From Pecten maximus (Eukaryota), in assembly GCF_902652985.1 (NCBI RefSeq), contig NC_047033.1, positions 13,578,001 through 13,642,000 of the forward strand: a DNA stretch of 64,000 nucleotides. The letters run 5' to 3'. The notes below the pieces were generated by a model. That model was not told the DNA's origin. It searched no databases and saw only the letters and a list, made by a program, of their open reading frames with translations. How positions within the stretch are numbered: the first letter of the stretch is position 1; every line of letters starts with the position of its first letter. Made by a program: the position numbers and the translations under genes. Of this stretch, positions 1 through 12,718 are shown piece by piece.

Positions 1-1256
1 GATATAAATGAAAAATGAATAGACATCGTCGGCCATTATTTCAATTTAAACTCATTAATTCTTAATTATGTAGTTAGTTGTGGCACATCGTTCTAGCATT
101 TTTCTTATAAATATATATATGAAGCGTGTCGGGTACACCGTTCAGTAAATCTTGTACAGGCATTTAAGCATTTTTATTTTCATGTCCTAGTTTTGAATTA
201 GAATCACTACTTAGTCATGGAACGCCTCTTTAACTAATAAAAGCAGAAAGAACTGAACAAAACATGTTCAAGTCCAAAATTACTGAGGCAGCATCAAAGT
301 ATTTGAAGTTATTTATGTAGATGCTGAACGTTTGCATTATTTCCGTCCCTTAGCCAATAGTCAGAATCGCTCCATAAGTAGTAGCCGACGTTCCCAAGCA
401 ATTATTTCATTTTCGCAATGAGGCATATGCGCGAACTAGGGCGTACTTAAACTCCGACGGAACAACGAAGATCATTCGCGCTAGCCAACGAATTCTGTAA
501 AACAAAAACCCAGGACTTTTAGAGGCTTTTTAAGATGAATGGGAGATATTTTCTTTAAAATCTAACATTTTGAACGTACGATTTTAACCAGAAAATCCAG
601 GTCCCGCTATGACTGTTGCTCGATTCAAAATTCAGAAATTAATTTCGTTGACAAGTATTCACAAGTGACACGCGCGCAGATGCTATGATTGCCTGTGAAT
701 CGGTTTCGCAATTACTTAACCTAGTATGTGCTTTTGGCTATAATGCTATTTCGATTAAGATATTTAAAGTATTTCGGACTGCTTGCTTTTTAAGGACGTT
801 TCCTCAACACAACTGTTTGATGAAAATATTTACAAGTCTTTAAGTTCATTGATAAACTCCGTGCTTGCTCCAGACAGTGTTTTCAAGGAAACCTTGGTTT
901 GCCTTTACAGAATTATCAATTTCGAATGATAGTTTGTATGATTTATTGCAATATGTAAATACATTTGAAAATGTAGTTTGAATGTTATTTATTTGGGGCC
1001 AACTTTCCTCATCACAATGTTGATCTGTTCTGCAGCTTCTCGAAGTGTATATCAAAGTGACGATTAGTCGACTTAATCGAGGCGGCAGAGGAGTTTCCGA
1101 AGCGGAAAGCACCAACACCTTTCGGTAGAAAGCTCTAGATATTTCATAGTATTTGCTACTTATATCGCACCTCTGCTTGTTATAATTATATAAGAGTATC
1201 ACTACTCCGATAACACAAATGAAAAAAAATGAATTTCTTAAGTTAAAAACACCTAA

Positions 1257-2655
1257 CCTGGTCTGACATGGGTCACTCCTGCAATCAAAAAACTTACCAG
1301 GAAGAGGGACAGATTGTATTAACAATCCAAAAATGTGATGGGGTCACTGTCACCATAACTAAATTCTAAAAGGTCAAACGCCTTATTCAGAGAAATATCT
1401 GAGCTTCACAATAAAGTCATATGGAATCCATGATTTCATCGGATACAGCAAAGAACACAATTACTAGTAAAATAAGTTCTGGTCATATCTAAAAATTTAA
1501 ACGGACATATTATTGTGGCATAACCTTTTTGAAACGGGACGGGAATCTAGTCCACGACCCCTTTATAAATCCCGGATGTTGAACTCTAATATGTTCAGTC
1601 TTCGGAAACCCTACTAACGAAAATTTTTGCACTGTAATATATGTCCCCTCTCAAATCTTACCCCACTAGCCTGAAATTGTCATCGAGGGGAAAACGTCTT
1701 CCAGGCCTTAACCCATCTAAGATAACATCAAATCCGGGGTCCTGAAAGAACTAACTACAGAAATAGCACCGATCTTTACTCTAGTGTTTAACAAATCTTT
1801 GGTAACAGGTGTAGTCCCTGTGGATTTAAAACTGTCAATATTCCACCAGTTTATAAAAATCCAGAAAAGTACCGGCCTATATCCTTGACTTGTACAATAA
1901 TAATGTATCTGTACTCTGTGCTCTCCATCACCATGACACATACAGATACAAATAACCACCTGTATCCGTTTCAGCATGCTAGAAACCTTGACGATGGCCA
2001 ACAACAGACATCCTAATAATGGACGTTACCAAGGATTTTTATAACGTCAGTCATTCACTCCTCAAACATAAGCTACAACATTATGGAATTAGGGGCAATG
2101 GTGTCAACTGGATTGAGAGTTTCCTGTGTGGTAGAACCTAAACAGTGTTAATAGTGGGAGATAAATCAGTGTTAATTCTGGAGTACCCCGGTGACTAGTT
2201 TCTGGACCTGGTTTATTTCTCTACCATAGAAACGATATCACTGTGGGCCCTGATGCTACAATAAGACTATTTGCAGATGACACAATTGTATACTTGGTTG
2301 TCAAGACAAACAGTGACGCAAAGACGGTTCAGAAAGATCTTGACAAATTTTTTACTTTGGGAGCAAAAACGGAAGATTACTTTTCATCCGGGTAAATGCA
2401 ATTTGTCATCTGTGGCATAAAACAAAACAAAAAAAAACACTTTCCTTAACTACAAATTTCATTGCTGTATATCCAGACATAGTTACCAGCTCCCATTTCA
2501 ACTGTTCCAAATTCTGGCTACAAAAACAAATTCATTTTTCCAATGCCTACAACCGAGTGAAATAAATTACCACCAGGCACCGTCTCCTGTCAAACCACAG
2601 ACTCGCCAGACATCATCTCCTGTCCCTTACAGACTCATTTAAATCAGCCATTTAC
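1257..2655 (+). mobile_element. Degenerate non-LTR retrotransposon (CR1/L2-group LINE) ORF2 remnant
   Basis: Hand translation across frameshifts gives LINE motifs in order: WVTPAIKKLTRKRDRLY (~1270-1320), NKFWSYLK (~1475), VLKELTTEIAPIFTLVFNKSLVTGVVP and YRPISLTC (1740-1895), LKHKLQHYGIRG..NWIESFL (2060-2130), IRLFADDTIVY (2261-2293) and an SFF...EWNKLP-like C-terminus (~2530-2575). Confidence 0.85.
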
Positions 2656-3197
2656 TGGCTTTACCATAACTAAGTAGAGCAAAAATATTTCATATATCTC
2701 TTATCTTAATAAATATAGACAAATGTAGATAATAATGATCAATAAAATCTTTCTCCAATTTTACTCCTCTGTGAAATTTCTCCTTTAAATGGTAAAATGT
2801 AGTATAACTAACTTTTAGGTCACTTGAGGTCATCTGCCATTTGCATTTTACAATGGGCCCGGCAAAGTAAACACTACCCATGCAATGTTAGTTGAATAGT
2901 TACACACGGTACACACGGTCAACAAGCAATCGCAATGACTGTATATGACGCAAACAAATGAATGGTGTCACTAAAAATGAATTCAGAATCGCATACGACA
3001 TATGCCGATAATGAAAATACAATTGCGCCATACATGTGTCATTTTAGTTATATATAAAATATTCCTATACAACATAAGGCTAAATCAGAATCGCATCTGA
3101 TACCTGAAATAAAGAGCTGAACACACAATTTGAAGTTAAAAAAACGTATCCTAGAAAGTATACATACATATTTATATATAACTGATTACATGTAGTT

Positions 3198-3629
3198 ATC
3201 AATAGCTTTAGATCTATGACATTAACTGATATCGGAGTAACGCATCATGAATCAATTAAAGGGTATGTGTATGTATTTTTTCAAGCAGTAGTAATACTTA
3301 CCATATGTAGTATATACCATCGTAAACAGTATAAGAAGTTCTGCTCTCATGGTTTCTGATTTGTTGTTGGAAGTTTAAATACAAGACCAAATATTGAGAA
3401 GCTCACACGATACACGATGAGTTTTCAAATATCTTTTCTTAAAACTAACACATTGCTGTTTTAACAAAACACGTCGCTTCGTTCCCCTTCGTTTATCTAA
3501 TTGGTTGTTGCCCGTTCCTTTTAGCTCTTTGTTCGTTCAGAAGGAAAGTGTTATAAATAAGTAATTGATGACGATAGGAAGTTTGGATGCACTTTTGATA
3601 TACCTGGAAACCCCAAAGGCCAATATTTA
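3198..3629 (+). repeat. Direct repeat copy 1 flanking the LINE (candidate extra-long target-site duplication)
   Basis: Near-identical to 7366-7725 (ATCAATAGCT...CCAATATTTA); copy 2 lacks about 72 bp. Confidence 0.9.
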
Positions 3630-6600
3630 TTTATTATTATTTCTTTATTTCCTCCAAATTTGAAGAGCAATAGAAATACCACAAAATACACATACATCTC
3701 AAACAACATAGAAAGAAAAGAAAATTCGTTCACACTCAGGTTTACATCCTTACATAGTGATACACGCTTTGACATAAAAACATTATAGAATGATAATAGC
3801 ATGCGCAGTTCACTATACACAACACAAAAATATAACAGGGGCAAATACAAATGTAGAATCGTACGGTGATATTTAATGACATGCATTCTATCACTCAAAA
3901 TAGACAACTTACACTCCTCGTACTAAATTATCATCATAGTGTGTGCAATAATACATACAACACACAGCAATGAAAATAGCATCTTGTACACCTTACAAGA
4001 AAAGTTCAAACAATCAAACAAATACATTAATCAGACTAGTAGTGAGTTGCACTAATCGTGCATACTAATTGTGCCATACAATGAAGTATATCAGGAAAAG
4101 TGTAGACAATGTTGGTCAACTAATATAATATATACATTTATATATATCCTGTATTGGTCACAGAGTTCTCCATCAAGGACAAATATAAGTTATATGATAC
4201 CACTTTGTTGAAGATTTTAGATATAATAACTATGGATTTTATTCTAAATTCCTCTAATTCATAAGGTGTTAAGTCACAATTGAGAAAACCACCAAGAAGA
4301 ACGTGAATTAAGTGGTAATTAGACATTGCGTTAAGATAAAATAAGAAATCTATATCTTTTACAGTACTGAGTTTGCACCAGAGCTGGTCACGTAATGGTT
4401 CTATATGCAAACATTCCAGTACACAGTGAGCGATATCGTCATTGTACATATATCCACAGTAATGACATAAATGTATATTTTCACTGTAACGCATATCAAC
4501 ACAAAGTTTAACAACTTTCTTAAAAGATAAACTGTATTGTGGAAACCTGAGAGCAAGTTTCCATATTGTACATGGTTGTATGTTCTTATGTACAAGAATA
4601 AAGCGAGAACAATCACTGTCAGCATTCATTCTTTCACACAATTTAAACTGTTCATAGTGTATTACATGGTTGTTGACAAGACGTTTCCATTGACATTTGC
4701 TTGGAAACACACCATTTTTCAAGTATACCTCGAGAACATGATACAAATTATACTTTTGTAGAATATTAACAATGTCAGGAACAAATCCTCTGCTAAAGTG
4801 ACACAAATTGAATTCAAAAAGACGCTTCATAAGAATCTCGCGTGTTAAACAGCCAACCTCCATGGTACATATTCTACCTAGAAATAACATTTTCCTTATG
4901 CTAATGTAAACCTCTATGGAAAACCAGCCAATAAGGGACGTACACATATCCGTTCTTGTTCTTACATTAAGACCTTGAATTGATTTCACAATGAAGTTCT
5001 GAGCTTTTTCTAACATGTAAATATCATTCTTCTTTAAATGCCACAGTTCACATCCATATAGTGCTGACGGATATACTTTACATTTAACAATCTTTGCTGT
5101 AGTTAAAGGATTCAGCGCACATGGATGTGCACCAGAACGTATTAATGGCATAGCACCACATTTCAATTTAGAACATGCAAGTTCTGTACGTTCGACATTG
5201 TTATTTTTACTATTTAATAAAACACCAACATGAGTTATACTTTCTACAACTTGTAGTTTCTTACCATATATAGCTATATTACAGTGAACATTAGTCTTCT
5301 TTTTAGAAGTAAAAACAGTAATTTTAGATTTAGTAGAGGAAAATGTAAACCTCCACTTTCTACTATATGTCTCACATATAGTGAGTAGATACTGTAAACT
5401 TTTAACATTATTGCTGATTATACATACATCATCAGCTTGTGTAGGTATATTTATTCGCGAGGAAAGGACTATTGCCCCATTCCCGCTAAATTCTACTTCA
5501 TTAAGCAAGTCATTAATAAATACTGAATATAATTTTGCAGACAAAGATCCACCTTGTAAGATTCCCCGTTTCATGATTACATTGTCAGACTTGAAACCAT
5601 TAAAAACAACATTACTGGTAAATCGAGAATACATTTGTTTCATGATATTCCATACTTTCCCTTTAATTCCCATATTGTAAAGCTTATAGTATAGGCCATC
5701 TTGCCATACAGAATCGAAGGCTTTATTGCTATCAAGAAAAGTGAAGAGCACATCGGATCCATTATCTAGATTATAATTCACGCTTTCCTGAAGGTTAAAA
5801 GAAGTACATAAACTACATATTTGTTTGCGGTATGCTGACTGATGCCTGTTCGGAAATGTGGGTGAGTCTAATACTGGACTTAAACGTGTAGATAAAAGTG
5901 TCTCGAAAATCTTGAAAAACACAGGAATTAACGTTATACTCCTATAGCTGTTTGGATCGTCTTTTGGTTTCCCATTACCTTTGTACAGAGTGATTATTGT
6001 ACCATGTTTCCATGACTTGGGAATATACTCCTGTTTAACGATGAGGTTGAACAGAAATGTAATATGATTGATCATTGGACTATAACTATATTTAATATGC
6101 TCATATACCAAACCGTCAGGACCACCAGACTTTTTTGTTTTAAGACCTCTACATATGTCAGCAACCTCTTTAAAAGTGAATTCTATATCTAAAAACACAT
6201 CTTTATCTGTCTTAGCTTTTTCTGTCATATTCAGTAAATCACAATTAACCTGGTTAAAGAAATCTACATCAAACAAGTCATTAGGTTCGTTGTCGAACAA
6301 TTTGCAAAAATGCGTACCCCATGCCTTTGCTATTCCTTCTGGATTACGTAGGTCATGGCCATCATTCTTCAATTCAGTTTGTTTTAATTTGGGTTTACGT
6401 GCTTTACTTTTATATATTTGCCAGAATAATGCCTGGTCAATCTCACCTGATTGATCAATTTCTTCGAATTGATGCCTCATATACTCGTTAAAAGCCTTTC
6501 TGAGCTTGCTTCTAAAAACATTCTCAAATAACGTATAGTCTAAATAATAAACATCATCACCTCGACATTGACCATTTTCTCTCCATAGTTTCCTTTTACT

Positions 6601-7365
6601 CGCCATCAGACGGTGAACATGTGTTAACTCATCATTCCAATACGGTTTTAAATGTTTCTTAAATTTACATTCCCGAATACAACATTTTGAAGCATTTAGC
6701 AAAACAGATTTTAGAACGTTATAATAATTATCAATGTCACGGGTCAACGTGATATTTTGAGGAAATGATATTGGACTTAGGGAAAAATCGACAGTATGTT
6801 TATAGCTTTGTATTTTACCAGTTTTTACAGCATTACGCCAATTGTACCTCAAACATTCATCATTGAATTGTTAAGTTAGAATCCGGGGAGCCCTCACAGA
6901 ACATATAACAAGAAGGTGTTCTGAAGTATTGATTTCACATTCGTCTAGGACTTGAGACCATTCTACTAAATCTGTCATTCTACTTTCAACAAGGATATGG
7001 TCAATCATTGTACAGTTTCCGGTGGAAGGACAAAATGTATATTCTGGACCTTTACATTCGGTCTGAACATTTACCGAGAGTAAATTATTTCTTTTCAAAA
7101 ACATTTCGAACAAAGTGGATCTTTCATTGTGTTCCTTTCTCCAAGTACACGGTCACACGAGATTCTAATGTGTCTAGAGTCTCTTTAAAAACATTCAAGT
7201 GTCTTGATGACGCTGGGATGTATGCGGAAAAGACAAAAATATAATTGCTATCAGACTCTTGAATTTCAACACCTACAATTCGAGACCTACCGGTAACAAT
7301 CTTCTGAACATTAAGATAAGCTTTGTAAAGAATGCAAACGCCCCCTCTAATGTTGCATTTATAGC
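3630..7365 (-). mobile_element. 5'-truncated LINE (APE endonuclease remnant + RT + CCHC-like C-terminus), clade uncertain (RTE-X/L2/Crack-like)
   Basis: An A-rich tail with AATAAA lies on the minus strand at ~3630-3650. Broken endonuclease motifs lie upstream of the RT ORF: RGGVCILYK (~7320-7350) and YTF...IDHIL...TSEH (6871-7113). The element is bounded by the 3198/7366 direct repeats. Confidence 0.9.
4138..6852 (-). CDS. LINE ORF2 reverse transcriptase region (904-aa open remnant; endonuclease part disrupted)
   Basis: Motifs: KSGGPDG, NSYRSITL, FLDSNKAFDSVW, GILQGGSLS, QADD catalytic motif, YGCELW and C-terminal CHYC...HCVLEC. Confidence 0.9.
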   Translation of the reverse strand: MRYNWRNAVKTGKIQSYKHTVDFSLSPISFPQNITLTRDIDNYYNVLKSVLLNASKCCIRECKFKKHLKPYWNDELTHVHRLMASKRKLWRENGQCRGDDVYYLDYTLFENVFRSKLRKAFNEYMRHQFEEIDQSGEIDQALFWQIYKSKARKPKLKQTELKNDGHDLRNPEGIAKAWGTHFCKLFDNEPNDLFDVDFFNQVNCDLLNMTEKAKTDKDVFLDIEFTFKEVADICRGLKTKKSGGPDGLVYEHIKYSYSPMINHITFLFNLIVKQEYIPKSWKHGTIITLYKGNGKPKDDPNSYRSITLIPVFFKIFETLLSTRLSPVLDSPTFPNRHQSAYRKQICSLCTSFNLQESVNYNLDNGSDVLFTFLDSNKAFDSVWQDGLYYKLYNMGIKGKVWNIMKQMYSRFTSNVVFNGFKSDNVIMKRGILQGGSLSAKLYSVFINDLLNEVEFSGNGAIVLSSRINIPTQADDVCIISNNVKSLQYLLTICETYSRKWRFTFSSTKSKITVFTSKKKTNVHCNIAIYGKKLQVVESITHVGVLLNSKNNNVERTELACSKLKCGAMPLIRSGAHPCALNPLTTAKIVKCKVYPSALYGCELWHLKKNDIYMLEKAQNFIVKSIQGLNVRTRTDMCTSLIGWFSIEVYISIRKMLFLGRICTMEVGCLTREILMKRLFEFNLCHFSRGFVPDIVNILQKYNLYHVLEVYLKNGVFPSKCQWKRLVNNHVIHYEQFKLCERMNADSDCSRFILVHKNIQPCTIWKLALRFPQYSLSFKKVVKLCVDMRYSENIHLCHYCGYMYNDDIAHCVLECLHIEPLRDQLWCKLSTVKDIDFLFYLNAMSNYHLIHVLLGGFLNCDLTPYELEEFRIKSIVIISKIFNKVVSYNLYLSLMENSVTNTGYI

Positions 7366-7725
7366 ATCAATAGCTCTAGATCTATGACATTGACTGATAT
7401 CGGAGTAACGCATCATGAATCAATTAAAGGGTATGTGTATGTATTTTTTCAAGCAGTAGTAATACTTATCATATGTAGTATATACCATCGTAAATAGCTC
7501 ACACGATACACGATGAGTTTTCAAATATCTTTTCTTAAAACTAACACATTGCTGTTTTAACAAAACACGTCGCTTCGTTCTCCTTCGTTTATCTAATTTG
7601 TTGTTGCCCGTTCCTTTTAGCTCTTTGTTCGTTCAGAAGGAAAGTGTTATAAATAAGTAATTGATGAGGATAGGATGTTTGGATGCACTTGTGATATACC
7701 TGGAAACCCCAAAGACCAATATTTA
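7366..7725 (+). repeat. Direct repeat copy 2 flanking the LINE
   Basis: Matches 3198-3629 with an internal deletion between CATCGTAAA and AGCTCACACG. Confidence 0.9.
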
Positions 7726-10700
7726 ATTGATAGTACTGTCATTGTATATGGAAACCTACTTAACAACACGGTATATTTTTGTCATCTTCATCGTGCTTCA
7801 TGCATAAAGCATCGGTCGTGAGAGGGACCATTTCCCTCTCATAAATTATTATCTTATCTTCGAACAGTGTGTTGATATTATCTTAGTGAATTTAATTCGA
7901 TTCAGATGCTGGTGTTTTCAATATCTACAAAAACATGAAATTGAGTTCAATATGGCGTCAATCTCCCTTTCGCTTATGATTAAAGAATTGTTATTTTGAC
8001 CGATTGATTACAATGATTGTACTTTTTAATTTTCCCACTACCATCATCGAATTCCTTAAGGAGTTAACGGCTATATGGTGTCCTTAGCATCACTGACGAG
8101 TCCACGAAAAATTCATTCGTTGTATGATGTCCCTATGATCACTGAATCCTGAGTCCTAGAAGGAAGTAATATCTTAGTGACGTCCATAGCATCATTGAGT
8201 CATACAAGGAGGTAATAGCTGTAGCTGTAAGGTTAGGGTTAATGCTTCGTAGCACATCGAAAGTTGGAAGCTGTCTACTTCCCGGAGGTTCACGTGAACC
8301 AAATTGCTGCACTGGTTTACAGGCGCTTGCATAGAAAATGAGAATGAATTTTTAAAAGAATGATATCAGTGGTATGTGTACTGTGTAAAAGTGAAGGCCG
8401 GAAACTCCGTCACGAGCAAAACGGCACCCCATCTCACTTCAATCGACTAAGAACGCCTTTTCTCAAATTGCTCCTTCAGCCTGTCCAGATTCTTCATTCA
8501 CATACGGGATTGAAAGGTCATGCGTTTGTATAATCGTCTGTCGTCAGGTGCACTTTTTGGGTTCATCTCCCCAGGCATTTTGTCCGGGAAACGCTTTGGC
8601 TCGTTGATAAGTTTCGTCTAATTTACGATTATATGAAGAGTTTCGTCGAATGAACGATGATTTATAATCATAAATCATTTATCATTTTGGACGTGAAAGT
8701 ACTCAAGAAAAGCAAACGAAATCAAGAATGCCTATTCTGCAATCACATTCACGTAGTAGGCCTAGACATTTCATACTTGAAAATTAAAAAATAAAAGATA
8801 AAAGGGAAACGGATTAGCATACCTTTGTCACAAAGGTAGAACACGATGCTTATTTATTGATTAACTTTTGTCAGTTTACTGAAATCAGGACGAACAAAAA
8901 GAAAAGTGTATCACGAATAAGACTGTCATCAGGTTACTGGAACGTATACATGTGTACCAACATTGCTTACTTCAAACCTGTTCATTTATTTCCACAAATT
9001 TTACAAATATCATGTCGTTGTCAAATACATAGATCATACTTCAGACTTGCTAAACGATTTGTACGTTGAAATCAGTGATACATCATCAATTTATTGTCAT
9101 GAGTCCCACAATGTTAGATTTAATATTTCCCAGAAATTCTTCGAGTTCCATCAAAATTATATGAGTACATTCAGGACTTGGGACTTGCATATAGATTTAA
9201 CACCGTGTGATTATCGAAATATTGAGGATGAGTTTCGTTTTATTTTGAACCCTTTTGTATTCATATTTTTGAAACCGTTGTTATTTGCTTACTTGATTTC
9301 GATTTTCATAAACTTGATATCATTTTGCCACTTAGTGTCAACAATGTCAAAGAGTTTAACGCATTGTGAAGTATTCTTCGTAATACTGATTATCTATGTA
9401 ATTCCACTTTACACCGCATATATAATATGTAAGCTATTGATGATTAAGTGTAATTGAGTGTGTAAGCATCAAACGCTACTCTAAAAATAATTAAGCTTGA
9501 TGAAGGGCTTACAGAATAAAGAAACTGAATTGAAATGAGAAAGAAAAGAGAATACTTTAGGGGTATTTTTAGTAGTTATTTTGTGTCAACGCCAGAATTT
9601 AGGGCCAACACAGAAACCCCTATCCCCCTTCTCGGAAAAAAGCTCTCATAGTAAATATAATGTAGCAACGGTTGCAAACTGCTGATTGCAAAACTACAGC
9701 CTAAAAATTAAACCTCTTATTCTGACCGGTATAGTGTGGTCTATATATTTTTAAGTAGTCATGTAGTGGTTCATTTTTTTAATTGGAGATAGGCATAACC
9801 CTAAAAAGATGGCATGTTCAATTTGAAAACAAAATATCAAACAACTATCAGCTATTACCCCCTTCCAAATTTTAACAACTTCGAAAAATTACAACCGATA
9901 CTGCTAGTTCATGGTATACGTATAATGACAAGACCCTGTCTTGAACAAGTTATTGAGCACCGTTACATACAATCTTTCGAATTAAAAACGAAGTTTCAAC
10001 AACTACCGAAATGATGCAGTTGAAGAAAAGGAAAGGACGATCTCATCACTGGCATGAAACATGCTATCTAATTCGTCCGTGATCTCGCAAACAACGTCCT
10101 GTACATGCACCTGTAAAATAAAGTAAGCCGAGATGACCCCAAACAGTGCACCTGGTGACAGTCGATTATATAATCACATGACCTTTCAACCCCGTATGTA
10201 AATGAATAATCTGGACAGGCTGAGGGAGCAGTTTGAAAAGTGGTGTTTTGTTGGAGGAATTCGGCGATGTTTTCACGGATTATGTGTTTTGGATGTAGCA
10301 ATTCGTATTGAGTGACACGGTAGGTTAAAGATAAATGTTTGAAGATGACGGTAGTATATATTATGCACCGTGTCAGTTTGAATAAATGTGTTTTTAGTCG
10401 ATTAAAGTGTGGTAGTGTGCCGTTTCGCTCGTGGTGGAGTTGTCAGCCTTGTACCGTACAGAGTACACATAACACTGTCATATAAAAAAAATGAAAAACA
10501 TGTTCTATGCAAGCGCCTGTTCACTGGTTGTATGATATTTTTCATCAAAGTCAGGTCTTGTAGAATGGAATCGCGCGTATCTATTGCCTAGACATTCTTA
10601 GAGTTGTGTATTATATTAGGCATCTGGATAAAAGCAGACAGTCCGCAATTTCCCTATAGTAACATCGAAGATATGCAGGTCATCCCACTCCAAAGGCATA

Positions 10701-11337
10701 GTTCCCGCCATATTTGTTTTCCCTGTAAACAGCAACTCTCCAACCGAAGTCAGAGTTATGTTCTTTTGAAAACTATTTGTTAAATTTTCACAACATGGAT
10801 ATACTTACATGTTGTATAATAACATGGTTTCGCGTGTTATATGTCATTTTTTGTAATAAATCTATTTTGCTTTGAAATTATTTATTTATTTATATATTTT
10901 AGATTATCCAATACATTTTGTTTAAATGCAATTAAAAATCTAAGATATATCTTAATGATTTATCATAATTAATCTAGTTCAATGAGTAATCAATCTCAAA
11001 GTTTAAAATGGCATTTTAAGTTAAAATATGTAGTTTCTAGAACCTGGGTAATTATTTCACAAATATGATAATAATAGAAAAAAAGACCAACACACTTTTG
11101 TTCAAACATTTCTTCCAATTTCAATAATGAAAAAAATACATGCAATTCTGAGATATGTCATGAATCACCATTTCAACATTTTTCATGATTTTTAGGCAGA
11201 CTGATACTCAATGATTCGGAATGTATTGTTCCTGGAACGGAATTCATTATCGGAACTTCATTTATTGTATTGTGGTGTTTACGTTGTATCCATTGCATTT
11301 GATTGATTTTTATAAAATGTAAATAACTCTGTTTTAG

Positions 11338-11376
11338 GTTGAATCGTAATGTCACGATCACAACATGAGAACTAAG
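11338..11376 (+). other. Candidate 5'-UTR exon of the host gene
   Basis: CTCTGTTTTAG acceptor and AAG|GTAAGG donor, 1.3 kb upstream of the ATG-bearing exon, which itself starts with an acceptor (CTAACAG, ending 12664). Supported by splice signals only. Confidence 0.35.
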
Positions 11377-12669
11377 GTAAGGACAACTTACATGTAAATG
11401 TCACCAGAGCGAAAAATAGATACCAACCCTTGGGCAGATATGAACTGAACTTTGTTGTAAAATGTTTATATGGACGCTTCTAATAAATTAATTGATAAAT
11501 GTTATTTCTATAGAGAACATGTATGTAAATCCTTATTAATAAGTTAGTTATCAATGGTTACCTACAATTTACATACAACGAACCATAATTGATTGCGTAT
11601 TATTGCCTAGAGAGTGAAAAGTGTCCTTGATTATTAATGTAAATGTTTAGACTTCTGGGAATTCATCAACTGTTATAAGTTCCTTATATTATTGTAGTTC
11701 ATCGATGGACGATGACACAATATTGAATACACTCGAGACAATTTCATTACAAAAGAAAGTATTGGCTATGTTTTATTATCCCATATGTCACGTTATAAAA
11801 TTGGTAACAATGTGTTATTGTTTGCGTTAACACCTTGCGGTATGTAACCACTTTAAAAGCCCCCTATTGGTCATTTCTGACCTCCAACAATTCTAATTGG
11901 CTAACCTCTTGCCTATAATTACGGATTTTTTTACTACTTTAACTTATTCTTGTGTTGTCGTCTGTCATTCCGAACATCACCACGGACACGTTTTGTGAAA
12001 TGATCGCGGCGTCTAACGTTTACTTATGTTAAAGACTCCAGCTTCGTTCATCGGTATAGTGGTAGGTCTGTGTCACTTTGTACAAAAATTGTCACTAACA
12101 GACAAAACAACAAAATATTATTAAACACTATCCTATTATACGACTAACTTTTATTGAAAATTCATTTCCAAAACCCAGGCGAACTTTTATTGAAAATTCA
12201 TATCCAATACTCAAATCTTAAATACACACGTTGCTTAGCGCCTCAGCTCGGTTTCCGAAATGTTTGTTGAAATGCATGGTGCTTTGAATGAATAAATATT
12301 AAGGTGAACATTTAACATCACCGTAAACAATGATAGCATACCAATAAAGTCCGGGAAAGGAAAGGTGATCGAATTAATATGTCTGTTCATCATTTTCCTT
12401 CCATTTATCGATATCGATTTCGAATCATGTGTAATCATTGTCAGGAAAAGTCTGTATGAATAATTCATTCACCTTTGCAGTCGGTATAATACACTGAACA
12501 GTATAAGGTTTGATTTTATATATGAGGATTGGTCCAGTTGTTACCATAACGAGGATCTTAATTTCATTCCGGATTACTTATATCTGAAGTAAATATTGTG
12601 TGGGTAGCCGAACCAGGGGAGAGGATTGCAACTTGTCCTCATTCATGTTTTATGACTCTAACAGACGCC

Positions 12670-12718
12670 ATGGCACCGGGGATATTAATACTTTTGGCAA
12701 TGTTGTATGTCACCCAGG
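12670..12718 (+). CDS. Host gene coding exon 1: signal peptide MAPGILILLAMLYVTQ(G)
   Basis: GCCATGG start context, hydrophobic core and G|GTAAGT donor in phase 1, matching the phase-1 acceptor at 36396. Confidence 0.75.

Noticed and set aside
846-1325. 159-aa minus-strand ORF, and likewise 3551-3907, 8963-9457, 48155-48508 and 57068-57457
   Set aside because: No recognisable motifs. They overlap repeat remnants or AT-rich non-coding DNA, often with non-ATG starts.
12146-12207. Two-copy ~36-bp tandem duplication
   Set aside because: An ordinary slippage duplication with no further structure.
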